The notes under the pieces: generated by a model
Database searches by the model: none
What the model was told of the DNA's origin: nothing
What the model saw: only the letters and a program-made list of their open reading frames with translations
Assembly: GCA_907165135.1 (NCBI GenBank)
Contig: OU015569.1
Coordinates: forward strand, 10,540,001 to 10,604,000
DNA length: 64,000 nucleotides
Direction of reading: 5' to 3'
Origin: Oikopleura dioica
Lineage: Eukaryota > Animalia > Chordata
Made by a program: the position numbers and the translations under genes
Shown: positions 59,572 through 64,000 of the stretch, one piece after another
How positions within the stretch are numbered: position 1 is the first letter of the stretch
Layout of the letters: each line of letters starts with the position of its first letter

Positions 59572-62500
59572 TCACCAGTCGAAGGTTACACCTCTATTGT
59601 CAGATAAGTGAGGTAAGGAGTTGACTAAAAATTTGACGATGATAGAAACTTCTTCGTTCTTTGGCTGACTGTCTCCTTTTGGGCGCTCTAAAATCATTCC
59701 TGATGAGCCTTCACACATAGGTTTGAGTGGATCTGGCTGATCAGTCTCTTTCTTGTCTTCACGGAATCCTTTCGTTAAATAGATTTCCCTTACGGCAGGT
59801 TTTCTATCAATTACTAAAGACAAATAACCCAACTGAAAAGATGAGTCAACAGCGGAAATTGTTTATAATTCATAAAAACCCGCGCCTTGCCGTTCGTTCT
59901 TTCCACCCATCTCGCTCTATTTCCGCCCACCAAACTACTCCGGTGATGTCTCCAGGTCGAAGCTCACATTGGTTGCGGAACTGAACGCCTCTTTTCGTAA
60001 TGGACTGAGAATCAAGCGTGAAAACTCGATTGATAACTTCACTTCGCGGCTCAAGATACTTGTCCCAATCAACCTCCGGATAGAGTGGATAGCTTGTCAT
60101 TTGGAAGGTGTTTATAGCGTTTTCCATCTTCATACCCAATGGAAGATTAGCATCGCTATTAAAAATATTATTTTAATGGTTGAAATAGGAGGTGGTTTAT
60201 TCTTACCTTGCGATGGCGCGTTTTTCAATTTCGGCAGACTTCACCAGTTGGAAAAAGAAATTCACGTTGACTGGTTTATCTAGCTCTTTTCTAAGAAGAT
60301 CATCGACTCCGGAAAACAGCTCGCCGGAAAGATAAGATTGGAGTTTTTCCCAGTCGACGTGCGAGTTCACGTTCATGAACGGAATACACAACTTGACCAT
60401 ATTTAAGGAAGTGTCCTTTGGAAGAAGTTTTTGAGCGGCGCTGAGCGATTTCGCCACATTAACATTTTGAGCTTTAATTCCGGACTTGTCCATCGAGAAA
60501 CGCTCCATTGCCTGAACTGTATCTGACTTCGTGCTGCAGATGATTAATTCCGTCTTAGTCTGCATGGCTCCATAAAGAATGTCGAATTCTCGCTTATTGC
60601 TGCACAAGATCAGGATTTTCTTTTTGTTCATTTTCAGATGTTCATTTTTTAAGACAACCGATATAAAGAAGAAAATGTGCTTATGTTTAAAAATCTCTGA
60701 AAACTTGCCTTGTTGTCATCGAATAGTTTGAAAACGTGCTGTCTTCGGAGATCAGAGTTAAACTCGTAAACAAGTCTAGAATGCACCCAGAAAGGAGTAT
60801 CGTCTGGCTCATCTCCAATCTTTTCGAGAATGGCAGCGTCGTGTTCAAGGCGGAAGAGCGCCTGGAGTGGTTGTTCACACTCACCGTAGATCGGATAGAC
60901 GGCCTGCTCCCAGCACCCATTTGAGTCCACACTGTTGCTGATCTGGATCTTTCGATCTTCAGTTAGATCGAGTTCGAAGGTGACAACGATGGCGTTCATT
61001 TGTTTCTTTTTGTTTGCGAAGTTTACATTCAGGCGCTGAACATCCGACCCGCGGGCACGGTGTTTACGAAGAGAGTCAACGTCATTAAAATCGATTTCCA
61101 TCATAAGTTGCCGCTCCCCAAGTAAGGCAGGATCGTATCCTTTCAACATGTTTATTTTCTCGCCTTCGTACGGTTCCCACTTGTTCGGGCTCTTTGGCTT
61201 CTTACGAGCCATGAACGGGGCAGCGACAATGCGATCTGGGCGATCAGCTTCATCTCCAAAAAGAGCGAAGCTTTTTTTCTTGATTTCAAAGGAGTAGTAC
61301 TCCTGGCAGTAGAGGCGGGCGCGGGCAGGGATGACGGAATGTTCGGGTTTCAGTAAATTTTCCTATTGAGGGATCGAATGATTCTATCATTGATACAACG
61401 GAGATACTATTTCACAAAAATGTCCTACTCTAGAACTTGCAGTAAATCAATTCATCCCTTTCCTTTGCATGAAGAATGGAGTCAATGGCGCTCTCGCCAA
61501 GGAGACCACAGTCGAAAATCTCTGATATCAAAATATCGAATTGGGAAGACAATGCGAGTTTGTCAATCGAGGTTGATAACCTTGACTCGACTTTGACTTT
61601 GGCTTCGTTGTTATTGGCGATTTCGAAGGAAAGATCGGCGAGGGCTGATCGCACTCGATGCATTTTACTTCGCTTGCATCTATCAATCAAATATATCTCT
61701 AAAAAAAAGCTCTCGAACCTAGCTTGGCAGCGGCGATGCCCAAAGGCCAGTTCCGCTCCCGAGATCGAGAACTGAGTTACTTTTTTCTTTACTCTTCTCC
61801 ACGAGTATCGATTTAAGCGCGTTGACAAAAGCATGATTCCTCCCAGCATCGTTGATCATCAGTATGTGCCAGCTAAAGAATTAACGTAACTTTATTGATC
61901 CAAGCAATACGAAGCTTTAAAATTGTTTTTTTTTCTTTTCAAAATTTACCTGTCGCACAATTTGCCGGCACATCTTAACAAAGCGTTTCTGTAAAAGAAT
62001 TAGAGATGTGTTTTGAATAAACTCCTTGTTTTAAGTCTGCTAACTAAAGACTCAAGATCAAATATCTAGAATCTAGATCCTTTCCTGGAAGGGAGATAGC
62101 TGGAATCGATCATCAACGCCTTTCGCTGATGCCGGACCGCCACTTTGATGTACTTGTTCTTCTCAAGCCAGATTCCGTACACGTAGTGAATTTCGACACT
62201 TTCTCCATTGGGACAGATAGACGAGATCTGTCGATACGCATTTGCTCCGTTGTTTATACCGATTTGTCTATTTTCCATTCGTGTGTTTACTTCCAACCAT
62301 GAGTGAAAAATCGGAAGAATTTCTTTTTCAAAAGGTTAACTTTCTCGCCACTTCTAGCGAATATCATGGCCAATTTTTTGGCAAACGTTGGAAGACAAAG
62401 TTTGGCAAAGAGTTGGCCAAGATATCGCCAATGGGTTAAGAGGGTTAACCTTGCCTTTCTGGAGCTTGGTGTACAAATCCCTGCGCATGGTACAGAGCAT

Positions 62501-62650
62501 AAGATATGCAGCAAATCTGGTTCCAGCATCTCGATCGCTTTCGCGTGCCTAAACAAAATCTCTTGGTATGAAGCTGAAATTTTCGTAAAACGGAAATATT
62601 TTTTCCGGAAAAAAAACTCAGGCTTTCGTTACATTGCCCAACGGCGCAAA
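59572..62650 (-). CDS. PRMT9: Protein arginine methyltransferase 9 (TPR plus two MTase modules); 5' end approximate
   Basis: TPR-like N-terminus, WHILMINDAGRN, VLDLGSGTG, ILISEIFDCGLLGE and CWEQAVYP (PRMT9-type loop). Two 1-nt deficits at ~61743 and ~61645. Confidence 0.85.
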
Positions 62651-63560
62651 ATCGCACTTGGCTTGTAATCTTTAATTTTTTCTTTTTTCGAAGTTTGAAG
62701 GGACCTCCGAATAGCCTCGGGAACTATCACACTTCTCGGACATTCAAGTGCGCCGCAGATTCAAGAGCTGAGCTTCTATTTTACTTTGAACAAGGTCGCG
62801 CTCTTATTTTCTTTTTTGCAGCATATCTTTCTGCTTACTAAATTCCAATAAGAATTGTATAAAATAAACTATATAAAGTTCTAAGGCAACATATCCAAGT
62901 TGGAAATAAAAGTGTAAATAAAAAAAACACTTTAATAATATTTGAAAAAAAAACGATTTCCCTCGCAGTGATTGAACTTAAATCACATGAGAGTTTCGCC
63001 AAATTAGTGCTTGTTTTAAATTATTTTTCTTTGGCTGAAAATTATATCTCGAAATTAGCTAACAAGCTCGCTAAAATCAAGGCTTACCACCAAATTGGCT
63101 ACTACGTGGACGGGTGTTAATTGCTTTGACGCAATAAAAATACCATCATTAGTTCCTTTGAAAAATGGAAGATATTTAATTGATAAAAATTATTTGACAA
63201 AATTCAGACTTGAAAAATGATTGTTGAAGTTTTAAATTGGCGCCCCTTCGAGTTGAGCAAATTTGAGTAAAGAAATCAACAACGATCAACAAAGAAGGAG
63301 CTTACCATCGTCAGAGCCTGGATTTCACTCTGCGGAATTCGAGGCGACATATTTTCTCTTTCCGGCACGTTCTCTCTGACTCCCAGAATCGTCAGGAAAG
63401 ACGACTGCACGAATCTTCAATCAGGAGTGAGAGAAGAATCAACCAAGCGTCTGATTGGTCAGCGCTTGGAAAGCCTCATGGAAGGAGAATTTGACGACTC
63501 GCTCCTACCTTTTTCGACTCAGAATAATCACAATTTCACTATTTACTCCTGAACTATTCC

Positions 63561-64000
63561 TCAAATACCTAATACAGTCAACATGCCCTGAAACACTTGC
63601 TTGATATTGATAAATAAGCTGTTTTTAGTCCTTTTTGATTTCATTTTTGAGTTATTCAAGAAATGAATCGCGAAACTATTTGAATGTTTGAAAAATTTAT
63701 TTCTTTTTATCGAAAAGACTGAATAGCTGTCGAATGAAGACAGATTTTTGTAATGGCAGAGTATGAGTGAGGTATGAATCGTGTCAATTTTCTTGAAAAG
63801 TTCATGAAATATGCTTTTTTGGAATCTGGGCTCAATTTTGGAGTCACAATGATCCACAGTGGTGAGTTCCAGTTTAGTCTTCGTCGCCTTTTTCATGGTC
63901 ACTTTTTGATTAGAGTTTTTGCTTATGAAATTTTCAAAAAAGAATGAACGGTTCCTATGGCGTCGTAGTTTGGATTGTCATCTCCTTCTTCGAGAATTGG
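63561..64000 (-). CDS. Possible 3' part of an unidentified gene running off the window
   Basis: 113-aa ORF and an upstream open frame PILEEGDDNPNYDAIGTVH. No family recognised. Confidence 0.35.

Larger units (their letters stand above)
57203..62650 (-). other. Putative polycistronic run PRMT9-EEF1D-FET-like
   Basis: Co-oriented, with gaps of ~50 nt (59572 to 59521) and ~256 nt (58512 to 58255). Confidence 0.5.

Noticed and set aside
63270-63550. ~85-codon open frame on + without ATG
   Set aside because: No start or clear splice signals, and it overlaps a CCAAT box. More likely regulatory DNA.

Overview
Gene-dense eukaryotic window with many ~33-55 nt introns, tightly packed co-oriented gene runs and TCTAGA motifs. 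This fits a larvacean tunicate (Oikopleura-like), which is an inference and not shown directly. About 25 protein genes can be reconstructed by hand-splicing. Housekeeping genes: POGLUT2/3 3' end, HPRT, COPS3, CNOT2, ELP1, HINT3, SEH1L, RAB11, TspanC8 tetraspanin, SRSF3/7-like, EEF1D, PRMT9. Regulatory genes: Hand bHLH, class A GPCR, RING, FET-like RRM, truncated HOP/STIP1. Secreted or GPI-anchored proteins: CUB/SEA-like/poly-Thr mucin, Caspr-like-TSP1-Kelch protein, Met-rich repeat protein, heme peroxidase with WxxW domains, Tyr/Gly- and Lys-rich protein, Cys-rich GPI protein, catalytically altered PLA2. There are two tRNA genes (iMet, His). Most striking observations: (1) a ~1.17 kb foldback structure whose ~420-bp inverted arms are spliced PDZ-fragment mini-genes and whose spacer holds a likely dicistronic tRNA-iMet/tRNA-His pair, with a third solo arm at 21 kb; (2) a 63-nt minimal tRNA-like cloverleaf with a UUA loop centre at 56.9 kb; (3) Rab11 with two, possibly three, alternative prenylated C-terminal exons; (4) a POT1/SHLD2-like OB-fold gene. 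Several small frameshifts in homopolymer runs of conserved genes suggest residual assembly errors. All gene models were spliced and counted by eye, so ends can be off by a few bases.
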